Of a DNA stretch of 63,875 nt, positions 34,925 to 47,976 are shown piece after piece. The position numbers were made by a program, and so were the translations under genes. Positions within the stretch are counted from its first letter, which is position 1. Every line of letters begins with the position of its first letter. Source of the stretch: Octopus bimaculoides (Eukaryota); assembly GCF_001194135.2 (NCBI RefSeq), contig NC_068983.1, forward strand, positions 58,702,420-58,766,294, in the 5' to 3' direction. A model generated the notes under the pieces. It saw only the letters and a list, made by a program, of their open reading frames with translations, was not told where the DNA came from and did not search any database.

Positions 34925-35285
34925 TTACCTCTGCCTAAGAAAAGGTGGAGGTATTGTTTCAGTTACATTTGTTTGTTTGTTTGACTGTGTACAAGATAGC
35001 TCAAGAACCGCTGGATGGATTGGAATAAAATTTTCAGGGATGTCTGGCCTCATGATTGGTACAAACTGATTAGAATTTGGGATCGATCCAGTACTGGACA
35101 AGGATTCTGGATTATTTTCCTATTTCTTTACTTAATTTTTGAGAGCAGTTGGATTCATTTTTAGTATTCTCACTTGTGAGTGCATTCAAGTATTTCAGAT
35201 ATTCACATTTTAAAAATCATCTCTGGTTAATCATTGAGAGGACATTGGTGTTGCCTTGGCAGAGGTTTGTGTTCTGTAAGTGTTC

Positions 35286-35290
<5 letters not shown>
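34925..35290 (+). mobile_element. Helentron/DINE-1-like non-autonomous element
   Basis: Subterminal inverted repeat acctctgcctaag / cttggcagaggt and (TTTG)n. Homologous to 11668-12022 in reverse orientation. Confidence 0.65.
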
Positions 35291-35338
<48 letters not shown>

Positions 35339-35364
35339 ATTATTATTATTACTAAAGCTAATAC

Positions 35365-35560
35365 AGCCAGCTGGTAGAATCGTAACTGCAACAGATAAAA
35401 TATTTAGAATTTCTTCTAGCTTTACATTTTGAATTCAAATGTCACCAGGGTTGACTTCGCTTTTCATTCTTTTGGGGTTGCTGAAATAAGTACCAGCTGA
35501 GCAATAAGATCAAAATAATCAACAAGCCCCTTAGGATCAAGTTTTGGTCCTTGCATTTAT
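35365..35560 (+). mobile_element. SINE family D, degenerate
   Basis: cagctggtagaatcg...gaattcaaat...gttgacttcgcttttcattcttttggggttgctgaaataagtaccag. Confidence 0.6.
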
Positions 35561-35589
35561 AGTGTTAAAGGATTATTATTATTAAAGCT

Positions 35590-36020
35590 GTTACATGTTA
35601 TTTTATTTGGAACGGACGTTTTCTTGAGGTTTGGTGACAACAAGTCTTTTCAAATCTCAAGAAACTTTCTTAAGATTCATACAAGATACAAGAGGGTATT
35701 TTTCTAAAAGCTGACAATACAAATCTCGATTCCAATATCCTCTAATTTCTTCAATAACAGTTTGGGTTAAGTGAAACTATCAAAGGAACAAATATCACCT
35801 TTGCCTTCTAAAATCTCTTCATCTATTCGTCAGTTTTGTCAATTCATTTCGTATCCACTTTACTGTTATATGGTATTGCCCATGTCTACGATCTGACTTT
35901 TTTTTTTGTTTTCTATCATCAGTTCTGGTTTTCTTGCTTCTATAGCACGGTCAGTCATTATGGAGAAATCCAATAATATCGCCTAATTATTATCTCCCAT
36001 CATAGCCTTTGGCTTGTGCT
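35590..36020 (-). mobile_element. RLE-type LINE C-terminal relic
   Basis: EHKPK...ILLDFSIMTDRAIEARKPEL...IVDMAIP resembles the WDF.I.TD...RPD segment. Confidence 0.55.
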
Positions 36021-36207
36021 CATGCCACTTTTCTGTTACTTTAAATCCAAAGAAATAACTAATATCTCAATGCACTCCTATGCCAGTTCTTATACTCTTT
36101 TTGTGCTAGCTTACTGCATTCAATACTTTAGTATCCTTTTCCAAAAGATTCCGCTTTTGCTTTCTGATGGCGTTTTATCAATCCTTATCATCATCATCAT
36201 CATCATC

Positions 36208-36286
<79 letters not shown>

Positions 36287-36289
36287 TGT

Positions 36290-36560
36290 ATTTGTTCGGC
36301 AGTAGTGTTTGTAATATAATACATCTGCTTTCTTCACAGATCATCAAGCTACTTCTCGTATGCTTTCCATCATGTTATTAATATGTAGTTAACTGTTACA
36401 CTTATCATAGAAAGCTATTTGGTCATTTTTTTCAAACACTGTACCAAGTGATCCTGTAATCACTGACCATTACCTTTCTGCAGTTCCAAAGCCTTTTTCG
36501 TTCTCACTTTAGATGACAGTATTTTAACCAATCATCATAGTTTCGTTTCCCTTCTCCTTT
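36290..36560 (-). mobile_element. RLE-type LINE extreme 3' relic next to (ATT)n
   Basis: VITGSLGTV and IILQTLL remnants; on the minus strand an (AAT)n tail follows. Confidence 0.4.
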
Positions 36561-36738
36561 GCATCAAAAGGGCAGGCTAGGATACTTGCTGAAATCTAGA
36601 AAACTCCTGTATATTTTTCCCATTCCACTTAGAGTTTGAATTTGCAGATATCAGCTGTTTGCTTTCTTTGCCTGCAAACCCAATGATATGTATGTAATTT
36701 TTCTGTATGTATGTATGTATATATATATATATATATAT

Positions 36739-36785
<47 letters not shown>

Positions 36786-37471
36786 ATATGCATAAATGCA
36801 TGTATTTTTATTAATGCATGGATAGATGCACTGGTGAATGCATTTATGGATGGATGGATGCGTGTATGTATCTATGTATACATCGAATTGTGATTTATCT
36901 ATACATATATATGCAAGTATGTATATGTTCATGAAAGTGTTTTATGCATACATGTGTCTATACATGAATCTATTACTTTATATATGTAAGAATGTATGCA
37001 TACATACATGAATATATGCATGTATACATGCTTGTATATATATTTCTATTTTGTGGTCTGTGTTCTGCTTCAGTGTTTTGTATATGTATGTAAATGAATA
37101 AAATATATTGTATTATGTGCATTTGTGTGTGTTGTATATGTAAGACTATCATTATATGGGCGTGTTTCATTGTATGCATATATGTGTTAATGTGTATGTT
37201 ATTCCTTTAATGTGTTTGTGTTCAAGGCAGACACTTTCGTTTTAACACATGCATACAGGTATTATTTACATCCAAACACTAATGTAACAGCATTCACATA
37301 TGACCTGATACAACATCTTCATGTTGTTTTATTATATTTATTCAAATGTATACATGACATACCAGAATTACGATAAGACTTTCTGTCATGACTTCCATCT
37401 TGTTTATGCATTTTCCCTTTACCAAATCAATCACTCCATATACTTCCCTATGCAATGCTATCTGTTTTTAC

Positions 37472-37525
37472 CTCCTTCTAAGACAGTGAACAAGATTTAG
37501 CAGAAGAGTTCCACATAGTAATTTC
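37472..37525 (-). CDS. candidate exon 1 of those found (54 nt, phase 2-2; KLLCGTLLLNLVHCLRR)
   Basis: Acceptor ttattttgctgctattatatag/G, strong donor GAG/GTAAAA, a single open frame. Confidence 0.38.
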
Positions 37526-38143
37526 CTATATAATAGCAGCAAAATAAGCAGAGAAATTAGGCAGTTTCACTTTCCAAAGAAATCAGTAGTTTTTCTTTTT
37601 CTTTTCTTTTTTTTCTCCATATTTTAGCATGCTAAATGGAAAAGTCAAAGCAAACCAAGTTAAATAGGGAGTTTGAATAGCTGCCAAAGAGTTAACAGTT
37701 TGTAAATTATTGCCAGTGCTGCAATATGTTCATAGCCAAGACATTTGGCACCGTAACGACACAGTCCACCTTACTGAAATTAGCTACTATACAATATACA
37801 ACATACTGCTGTAAACAGTGGATGCACTCTAAATTTGATGTGTGCTTTTATGACTAACATTGCTTGATTCAGTTTGAGAGAAGAATATATCTTGAAAAGA
37901 GAAATACTCACCCAAGCTGGTTTGCTAAAGATTAAAATTCATTGAAGATGATGTTCGTAGTTGTTCGTAGATTTTGAACAGATTTAGAGGGTATTTATGC
38001 CTACTAATTACGTGGATAATGAATGATTGAAGGGAAAATGTCAGTGTCTACTTCGACATGATTTTTCTATGGTTAGATACCCTAATGCTAACCACTTTAC
38101 TGGGTGTGCTACGTGTTTTATATTAGACGTATTGTATATATGA

Positions 38144-38531
38144 GTGGAGGTGCAATGGCCCAGTGGTTAGGGCAGCGGACTCGCGGTCATAGGATCGCGG
38201 TTTCGATTCCCAGACCTGACGTTGTGAGTGTTTATTCAGCGAAAACACCTAAAAGCTCCACGAGGCTCCGGCAGGGGATGGTGGCGAACCCTGCTGTACT
38301 CTTTCACCACAACTTTCTCTCACTCTTAACTTCCTGTTTCTGTTGTGCCTGTAATTCAAAAGGCCAGCCTTGTCACACTGTGTCACGCTGAATATCTCCG
38401 AGAACTACGTTAAGGGTACACGTGTCTGTGGAGTGCTCAGCCACCTGCACGTTAATTTCACGAGCAGGCTGTTCTGTTGGTTGGATCAACTGGAACCCTC
38501 GACGTCATAAGCGACGGAGTGCCAACAACAA
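38144..38531 (+). mobile_element. SINE family B, full length
   Basis: Homologous to 5044-5426. Confidence 0.9.
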
Positions 38532-39167
38532 CATTGTATATATGAGACCGTCCAGCATTTTCTATTTAATGTGTCCCCCCTGACACAACATCAACACTGT
38601 TTTATCTCTTTTACCAAGTTTAACCCTGTTATTCTTACCCACTCGTTTTATAGAAACGATGTAGCTCCTCAACAGAAAGAAACTGTTCCAGATCCTTTTT
38701 TCTTGCAGTAATGTTGCATCTCCCAGCATAAAACCGCATCCTTCTCTGTTCATAGGTGATATTAGCCTTGCAAGCTGCATGGCAACCTCATTAATGCTGG
38801 TGCCATGAATAAAAGACCCAGTACATACTGCAAAGTGGCTGATTTTAGAAGAGGCATCCACATGTGCTGGTACGCCCGGGCATATTAACTCCTGATTTTA
38901 CATGCCATGAGTATATAAGACACTGGACTGGCTAACTGACACACCTTCCTTCCAAGCGAATACATGGTGTTGATAACATCGAAGTCCATCACTCCCAAAT
39001 GGGATTGAGGGTGAGTTATCTCACCTGTCCATCACTCTAAGGTGCTTTAACACCAGCGACATGAGAATTATATACTCTGCTACGCCATTGCAGCCACCAG
39101 AAAATACACAAAGCAAATACATTAGTATATATACTTAACAATTTTATTATACTAGAGCTGTTTTTAC

Positions 39168-39211
<44 letters not shown>

Positions 39212-39213
<2 letters not shown>

Positions 39214-40140
39214 AAAATTCCCAGACTAGTTGTGTAGCAAGCCAACAGGTGGCAGCATGCGGTTGCATGTGCGGTGAGAGCTAGCAATGATCTTCATGAA
39301 ATAGTGTGCCAAGTGACATCACTGCGTTTACTTTACAAGTTGTGAAGTTCGTGTTTTTATGATCATGTGTATGCTGTAGTCAGCAATTTTGTCATGAACA
39401 AAAGAACATCGGTTCAAAGTCCATCGAGATCTCCGTCAGTGTGTTGCTCATGACTCATCCTTCATGTCGGATATCATCACAGATGACGAGAGTTGGGTCA
39501 ACAGGTATGACTTTGTGATGAAGCAGCAGTGTTGTCATAATGGAAGAGGCCTTTGTCTCCACGACCGAAGAAGGCATGACAGAGCTGCAGCTCAATGAAG
39601 AGCATGCTTATCATTTTTTTTTTGTTCACATCTGCGGTATTGTGCATCAAGAGCATTCATCCCCCAAAGCCAGAACATCAACTGAGAGTTCTACTGCAAA
39701 ATTTTGAAGCGTTTGAGGGAGGACATTCGGTGAAAATGACCGGATCTGTGGAATTGGATTCTTGATGACAAATCACTCTGTCATCAAACTCTCCTTACTT
39801 ATGACTTTCTCACCAGAAGCAACATTGTATTGCTTCTGTACCCACCCTATTCACAAGATTTAGCACCAGCAGACGACTTCCATCTCTTCCCCAAGATGAA
39901 AATACACATCAGAGGTCGCCATTTTAACACCACTGTCAAGATCCAGAGTGAATCACAGAAAGTCATCGACTCGCTTGCAGAAAATGACTTCCAGACCGGA
40001 TTCCAAAAGTGGCAGAAACACTGGAACCGGTGTATTGCTGTGCAAGGTGACTATTTCAAAGGAAATGATGTTAAAACTTAGGTAAATAAGTTATTTTTTA
40101 TTAAACATAACTAGTTCAGGAACTGTTTGATACCACCTCA
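39212..40140 (+). mobile_element. decayed mariner (DD34D) transposon, second family
   Basis: Remnants ITDDESWV and HPPYSQDLAPADDFHLFPKMK...QGDYFKG. The right TIR ggaactgtttgataccacctca is followed by TA; the left TIR is partly replaced by (TA)n (caaaaattcccagactagtt). Confidence 0.85.
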
Positions 40141-40394
40141 TATATATAATTCTTAAACAAGACTATCATTAACAATGACTTTGAGATTTTGGCCAGTTAG
40201 TTCATCATTGGACAGCAGTTTGATGATACCTTAACAGGCTGAAACTTCGAAGTCACTACCATTAATATGCTACTTTAAGAATAATAAATTTGTACTCTCT
40301 AAAAGTATAGAATAATCCATCAAATTAATGCAAAATTGTTTTTATTATAACTGAACAAAAAACAAACATTAACACACACACACACATGCTTATA

Positions 40395-40548
40395 TGGTGG
40401 TCTTCTTTCAGTTTTTATCTACTTAGTCCATTCACAAGGTTTCTTTCAGGTTTATAATAGATGATACTTTCCCAAAGTATCATAAAGTGGGACTGAACCT
40501 AAAACCAAGTATTTGAGAAACAAACTTGTTAACCGCCCAGCCATGCCA
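40395..40548 (-). mobile_element. SINE family A head, degenerate
   Basis: cttctttcagttt...ccattcacaagg...gtgggactgaacc...cagccatgcc. Confidence 0.6.
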
Positions 40549-41159
40549 CAATCAAATCATACATGCAATCTCCCATAAAAATTTGTACAGCAATTCAGGG
40601 CAGAAAAATATCGTTAAAATTTGATTTTTTTAAAGATTAATTTAAATTTGACAATTTTAATTTAATTATTTATTTTTTTGTAAATTTGACTTTAATTTAA
40701 TGCCTGCCTTTTAGTCCATTAAGTCTTCAGCGTGGAGAAGAACTGTTCAGGTGTTAAAGTGATGTGATAGTTAAATAGAATTGGTTCGGTTGATTGTTTT
40801 AAAGTCATTACATTTTTGTGAATAAATGAACTGGAAAGAAGTTTACATTTAAAAATAAAAAATAAAAAAACTATATGTTGTTTACAGAGAATTACTGAAT
40901 ATAATGCTGTAGGGATTTCAATGATGCTGTCATCCTTGGGAAACATATAAATTATGGATCTAAAATATCACCTGAAAATTAATTCATTTCTCCATTATCA
41001 AAGAATGCAGCCTTTGTTCTTTACATGAAACAACAATCTGTACCGAATATTTTTTTGTCAATATTGTTATTTTGCTGTGAAGTTAAACAAATCATGATAG
41101 AGACAGAAACAACATTATTAATCCCGTTAATGAACCTGGAAAATAATGATTCCTAATTC

Positions 41160-41395
41160 AGATCCACGGCCAGCAATTTTGAAGGACGACGTAAGTCGAT
41201 ATCATCAACCTCAGTTCTTGATTGCTATTTTTATTTTATCGACTGTGAAAAGATAAAAAGGCATAGTTGCCATAGGCGGGATTTGAACTCAGAATATAAA
41301 GAGTTGGAACAAAACATACTGCAAAACATCCTTTTAGTTTATTTATTTATTTATTTATTTTTGCTAATGTTTTAGTAATTCTGCCAGCTCTTGGA
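41160..41395 (-). mobile_element. SINE family D, degenerate
   Basis: atttgaactcagaat and ctgccagctc motifs. Confidence 0.55.
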
Positions 41396-42861
41396 TAATA
41401 CAAAAATCAATTGGCATTGAAAAATGTTTTCTATTATCATTTTTCTAAAAGAATATATATCTTAATAATAGCTTCAAGTTTTGCCACAAGGGCACTGTAA
41501 CTGTCCGGTGCTGCCATAAGGCACTGTAACTGCCCAGTGTTGCCCTCTATTGGATTCTCAGATGTGTTTCTAGCTCTTTAGCTGTTATCAATGTTTCAGA
41601 TTTGTACAAATTATTTAAAAAAAACTGAAGACAGGGACAGGTGAGGGAACAACAAACAAGGTGTATTGGTTTAACACCCAGGAAAAATAGAAGAGTCTTT
41701 GATGCTTTGAGCATACACTCTTCAACAGGAAGGGATAAAAAGAGAAAGCAGACAGAGAGAGGGAAAAAAAACATGTGTCCACTTATAAAGATGTACATAT
41801 GTAGGGACAATACAATTAGTTTCTGCAAGATGATCTGACAGTGGACGATTGGAAAATCAAGAGAAACATTGTACTTTTGATAAGGGTTTAGTAAAGAGAG
41901 AGGCAAGCCTCACTGGACTTACTTCCCCACAATGCAATGCAAGAAGATAAGACCTTTTATTATTAAAAACTCACTGCTGCTCATCTATGGAGATTTATGG
42001 AGATGTTACAAGTGAGTCATTAATATAAATTGGAAGGAATGTCTCCTATGTGTAATGTGTTTGAGTTGTAACATAATGTGTGTAATTAGCATTTTCTTTT
42101 AAAGACAGTTCATAGAAAGAATCCATTTTCAGTGATTTCTTGAGGAGGCATGAATAAAGAATATTCAGAAAGCAAATTTATAAAACGAAAACATTGAAAT
42201 TTATTCAGTGGTGTAATGAGTGCTAGCAAGTGGTAACAAGGATTAGTCTTGCATCTGAATGGGAACTAAATATATGTGTATGAGAGACAGGAAAAATCGC
42301 ATGACTTAATATATACACTGAGGTTTATATGAAGCAGGGTAGAAGCAGATATTGATCAAATGAGTTGGTGGTGGACATAGAAAACGTGGCATGTTGAAGA
42401 GAGTGATGTTGCTTCCATGCCATCAAATCTGAAACTCTCAAGCTATTCCAAAAAGGCACACGATAATACTGGGCGGAAGTTGCTATTTGTATTATTACGC
42501 CTCCAGCTCTGATTGTTTGGCGTATGCCAAAGCACAACTGAACTAAGCCACAGCAACAAAATAGATCGTTCTTGTCTCGCTACAGAGAAAATTCAGTTCC
42601 ATTTCCATTTGACATTTATATTAATTGTACAATCTGGAAAAAAATTTTATGATGAAATTCTATCTTTGAAAACGTGTAAGCAATGCCTAAGTATAAGAAA
42701 CATTAATGCTAAAGACCAATTTAGATGCAGATCAATTGTGATTTATGACCCACAGCAAATATAAACATCTGAAACAATAATGAAAGAATTCTTAGATACT
42801 GGTACCAGTAAATAAGAGACTAAGAAAAAAAATCTACCAAAGATTTGGACTGCTTTACACG

Positions 42862-43335
42862 GCAAGCGAAAGCGAAATCGTGATGGCACCTGTACCAGTA
42901 CATCCCTAAGAGCACCGTCTGAGCGTGATCATTGCCAAAGCACCAGCTATCTGGCTTCCGTGCCGGGGGCACGTAAATAGCACCATTTGAGCGTGATCGT
43001 TACCAACGTCACCTTCCTGGCACTTGTGCCAGTAACACGTGAAAAGACATTCGAGCGAGTTCGTTGCCAGTACCGCTGGACTGGCTCCTGTGTAGGTGGC
43101 ACGTAAAATACACCATTTCGAGTGTGGCCGTTGCCAGTACCTCCTGACTGGCCTTCGTGCCGGTGTCACGTAAAAGCACTCACTACACTCTCGGACTGGT
43201 CGGCGTTAGGAAGGGCATCCAGCTGTAGAAACTCTGCCAAATCAGATTGGAGCCTGGTGTAGCCATCTGGTTCACCAGTCCTCAGTCAAATCGTCCAACC
43301 CATGCTAGCATGGAAAGCGGACGGTAAACGATGAT
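42862..43335 (+). mobile_element. SINE family C, near full length
   Basis: 5' aagcgaaagcgaaatcgtgatggcacc, tandem hairpin units, then the RTE-type tail ending gcggacggtaaacgatgat. Confidence 0.9.
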
Positions 43336-43336
43336 A

Positions 43337-43556
43337 CTTTTCTATTCTAGGCACAAGGCCTGAAATTTTTTTTTTTTTTGTGATGGGGTCAGTCAATTAG
43401 ATCGACCGCAGTACACAACTGGTACTTAATTTATCGACTCTGAAATGATGAAAGGCAAAGTCAACCTCAGCAGAATTTGAACTCAGAACGTGTAGACAGA
43501 CAAAATAGTGCTAAGCATTTTACCCAGAATGCTAACGTTTCTGCCAGCTCACCACT
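43337..43556 (-). mobile_element. SINE family D, full length
   Basis: Reverse complement of 3248-3460. Confidence 0.85.
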
Positions 43557-43636
43557 GTAACAAATTAACCTGTTTCAAGCCAGAAAATATCTTTCCTTTT
43601 GTTTATCCAATCAAAAATCTTTCTGATTTCTTTCAA

Positions 43637-44025
43637 CTCTTTTATTTTGTATCTTTTACTTTTTTCAGTCATTAGGTTGCGGCCATGCTGGAGCACCGCC
43701 TTGAAGAATTTGTTAGTACTTATTTTTTGTAGCCTAATACTTATTCTATTGGTCTCTTTCCCCCAGACTGCTAGGTTATGAGGACATAAAAGCTCTAACA
43801 CTGGTTGTCAAGTGCTGTTGGAAGACACAGTCTCACACACACATATATGATACATACATACGACAGGCTTCTTTCAGTTTCTGTCTATCAAATCCACTCA
43901 CAAGGCTTTGGATGGCTCGAGGCAATAGTAGAAGATACTTGCTCAAGGTGCCACACACTGGGATTGAACCCAGAACCCAGTGGTTGGAAAGCAAACTTCT
44001 TACCTCACAGACATGTTTACACCTA
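43637..44025 (-). mobile_element. SINE family A
   Basis: All family A modules present, moderately diverged. Confidence 0.85.
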
Positions 44026-44188
44026 CATCAAAATATCATTCAAACTGATTTCTTTTTAATCTGCTACAACTTTTGAAATTATATCTACTTACTTAAATTC
44101 GTTGTTGCTTCAATCAAAATACTTCCTAACACAAATTTCAATACTTGACCAAATTCAGTACAGGTCCTAATTGGGTAGACAAAAATCG

Positions 44189-44593
44189 TAGGTGCAGGAG
44201 TGGCTGTGTAGTAAGTAACTTGCTTATCAACCACATGGTTCTGGGTTCAGTCCCACTGCGTGGCACCTTGGGCAGATATCTTCTACTATAGCCTCGGGCC
44301 AACCAAAGCCTTGAGAGTGGATTTGGTAGACAGAAACTGAAAGAAGCCCGTCGTATATATGTATATATATGTATGTGTGTGTGTGTGTATGTTTGTGTAT
44401 CTGTGTTTGTCCCCCAACATCACTTGACAACCCATGCTGGTGTGGTCACGTTCCTGTAACTTAGCGGTTCGGCAAAACAGACTGATAGAATAAGTACTAC
44501 GCTTATGAAGAATAAGTCCTAGTGTCGATTTCTTTGACTAAAGGTGGTGCTCCAGCATGGCCACAGTCAAATGACTGAAACAAGTAAAAGAGT
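44189..44593 (+). mobile_element. SINE family A, full length
   Basis: taggtgcaggagtggctgtgtagtaag...gactgaaacaagtaaaagagt. Confidence 0.92.
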
Positions 44594-44599
44594 AATTCA

Positions 44600-47350
44600 A
44601 GATCCAGCATAGGGTCTGAACCCCAGCTTATCTACAATCTCATATTGGAACTTTGGGAAGAACTGAAAGTACACACATAATTAAGGGAGCGAAACTTGCT
44701 TAGGGGATTCAAACCCAGGTTTTCAACAGGATGTTCAAAATGTTTTCATTGTCCATCATCAAAAAAAAAAAATTAGGGGGTGCACTTGCAACCTCTCACC
44801 CCCTGTTTCTAAGCCAATGAACACACTGGTGTAGAAACTCCAGGTACATCAAATGTATTTTGAATAATCCTGAGAGTCCTCAATTTTGGAACACATGAAT
44901 CACCAATGATACGATTTCAATTTGGGTGTTGTGTGTGTGTTGGGACTCCGTCGCTTACAACGACGAGGGTTCCAGTTGATCTGATCAATGAAACAGCCTG
45001 CTCGTGAAATTAACGTGCAAGTGGCTGAGCACTCCACAGACACGTGTACCCTTAACGTAGTTCTCGTGGATATTCAGCGTGACACAGTGTGACAAGGCTG
45101 ACCCTTTGAATTACAGGCACAACAGAAACAGGAAGTAAGAGTGAGAGAAAGTTGTGGTGGAAGAGTGCAGCAGGGTTCGCCACCATCCCCTGCTGTAACC
45201 TCGTTGAACTTTAGGTGTTTTCGCTCAATAAACACTCACAACACCTGGTCTGGGAATCAAAACCACGATCCTATGACCGCGAGTCCCCTGCCCTAACCAC
45301 TGAGCCATTGCGCCTCGACACTGATTTCGGGTAACTCACAAGAAATCTTTGTTTCTGGAAGGAAACTTAAATAGAGGTGATTGATAAGTCAGCTGGCTGA
45401 ATCAAAAAGTGTCCCGCTACTGGTTGTATTCTGAAGATGAAGCATGGCCAAATAGTTCAGAAATTTGCTTTTCAATCATGAGGGTCTGAATTCAATCCAG
45501 ATTTGAAGTATCTTAGGAAAGAGAAATTTATCATAACTTCAGGTCAACCCAAGGCATGTTAGTGAAATATGGTAGATGGAAACTATACAGAAGCTCATTG
45601 AGTGGATTACGCCAGTAATTCAAGAGTAAGCCCTTGTACTATGCTGGTTCTATCTGGTAATTCCAAGATACAACTGTCTGTGGAGTACTCAGCCTCTTAA
45701 ATGCTGAATAGAATATCAAGGAGTTCAGTTGATTAGACAACTGAATGCTTATTAAAACCACCAGAAACCAAAGCACTTGGTGGACCTGTCCACTTAGACG
45801 TAACAGTAGGCAACAAGAAAATCGAAAGTAGCATCAAACCTTTCATATAGGTTTAATATGGAGATAGAAAGGCAATCCTCATTGAACGAACTTACATACA
45901 ATGCACTGCAAGATAAGAGCCTTTATGTGCATAGAACCCACTTCTTATTTCTGTAGATTTATGGAGAAAATTCAGTTTTGTTTCCATTTGACATTTATAT
46001 TAATTGTACAGTCTGTTTGGAAAAATATTTATGATGAAATTCAATCTTCAAAAAACGTGTAAGCAATGCCTGTGTATAAGAAACATTAATGTTAAGACCA
46101 ATTTCGATACAGATCAACTGAGATTTATGAGCCACAGCAAACATAAATGTCTGAAACAATAATGAGAGAATCATGGGATATTGGCACCAGTAAATGAGAG
46201 ACTGAGAAAAAAAATCTACTCAAGACCTGGAGTGTTTTACAATAAAATGATATATTGAAGCCATAAAACAAAATATCAAGTCGCTGGTCTATGAATTTTT
46301 ACCCAGTGAGATTAATTAAACAGAATCACTTTACAACATCATTTATGTAGCTATGGTTCATTGACAATATAAACATCAGCTTCAATTATGCCAACGAAAT
46401 TTCACACTGTCAGTACGCTGAGGTGTAAAACACTTCTAAAGCCTCATATAATGTGGTAGATGTTAAGGTAATTGTAGAAAACAAGAATAAATTAATACTT
46501 GCAGTTTCATGATTGGCCTGCAATTCCCAGTTCAAATCCAACTGAAGGCAATTCGATATTTTATTATGTCTAGTGATTGATCATATAACTTAAATGCATT
46601 CAGATTTCTAAGCCTAATGTTTGGCAACCTATTTACATTGTATTTGATCGTGAAACGCTATCAAGTTTTAATAGTCACAGCTAACTCATATATATCTCAT
46701 TTAATGTCATTAAATGATATTTATTTTTCACTAGATGGAGGGCTTTTTGTTGATCTTACCTTAACGAAAGAGTAAACTACACACACACACATACACATAT
46801 ATGTGTGTATGTGTGTGTGCGTGTGTGTATGTGTGCTTGTGTGTGTCTGTGCGTGTGTATATACAAAGTACATTCAAGAAGTTTTGAGACTCTTTTAGTT
46901 GAGAGAGTTGTAATTGTCCTAGATTATTATGATTTTAGTACATCAGCGAACTGATTAATCAGTCACCTCCAACAAAGTATACCTTTCAGAAACGGTGATT
47001 TGCTGTGGATTATTTAGCTACCTGAGTTCAAATCATGTCATTGGTGCTTTCGTGTGTTCCAAAACTGAGGACTCTTAGGGTTATTCTAAATACATTTGAT
47101 GCACCTGGAGTTATTGCACCAGTGTACTCATAGGCTCAGAAACAGGGAGTGCAGGGGTGCAAGCGCAGCCCCTAAATTTTTTTTTCTGGAAGGGTCGGGG
47201 GCAATATAAATGCGTTGAACATCCTCCTGAGAAACTGGGTCTGTGTCCCCTCAGAAAACTTCGTTCTAGTACATATGAATAATATTCTCAGTTTTTCTCA
47301 AAGTTCCAACATGAGATTGTAAATAGTCCAAGAGTTCAGCTTGAGTGCTG
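44600..47350. repeat. old inverted duplication (arms ~44600-45410, interrupted by a SINE, and ~46935-47350)
   Basis: For example, 44821-44925 is the reverse complement of 47030-47127. The alignment continues on both sides of the family B insertion. Confidence 0.75.
44940..45319 (-). mobile_element. SINE family B, full length
   Basis: Reverse complement of 38144-38531. Confidence 0.9.
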
Positions 47351-47538
47351 ACTTCATTTTGTATTTTTTCATAGCACACACAAATCACATTTGACATTTT
47401 TCAGTTCCAATAACAGAGAATATTCACCATATTTTCCTCATACCATTCTATTGACAAATATACAAGCGCGTATCTTTTCTGACTAATGGTCTGTTAGACG
47501 ATGAAGATATATATATAAAATGTGTGTGGTGCGTAGTG

Positions 47539-47637
47539 TGTGTGCAGGCAGGCAGGCAGGCAGACAGGCAGGCAGACAGGCAGGCAGTTAGGTAGGCAGG
47601 TAGATTGGTAGACAGACAGACAGGCAGGCAGACAGAC

Positions 47638-47699
<62 letters not shown>

Positions 47700-47795
47700 G
47701 CAGGCAGACAGAGAGACAGAAAGACAGATAGATAGACAGACAGAGAGAGAGAGACAGGCAGGCAGACAGACAGACAGGCAGGCAGACAGACAGAC

Positions 47796-47842
<47 letters not shown>

Positions 47843-47915
47843 CAGAAACAGACAGACAGGCAGGCAGGTAGACAGGCAGGCAGGCAGACACATAGACAGA
47901 CAGAGACAGACAGAC

Positions 47916-47976
<61 letters not shown>
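47539..47976. repeat. compound (GGCA)/(GACA)/(GATA)n microsatellite
   Basis: Directly visible; abuts the 3' end of the Tx1-like LINE. Confidence 0.97.
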
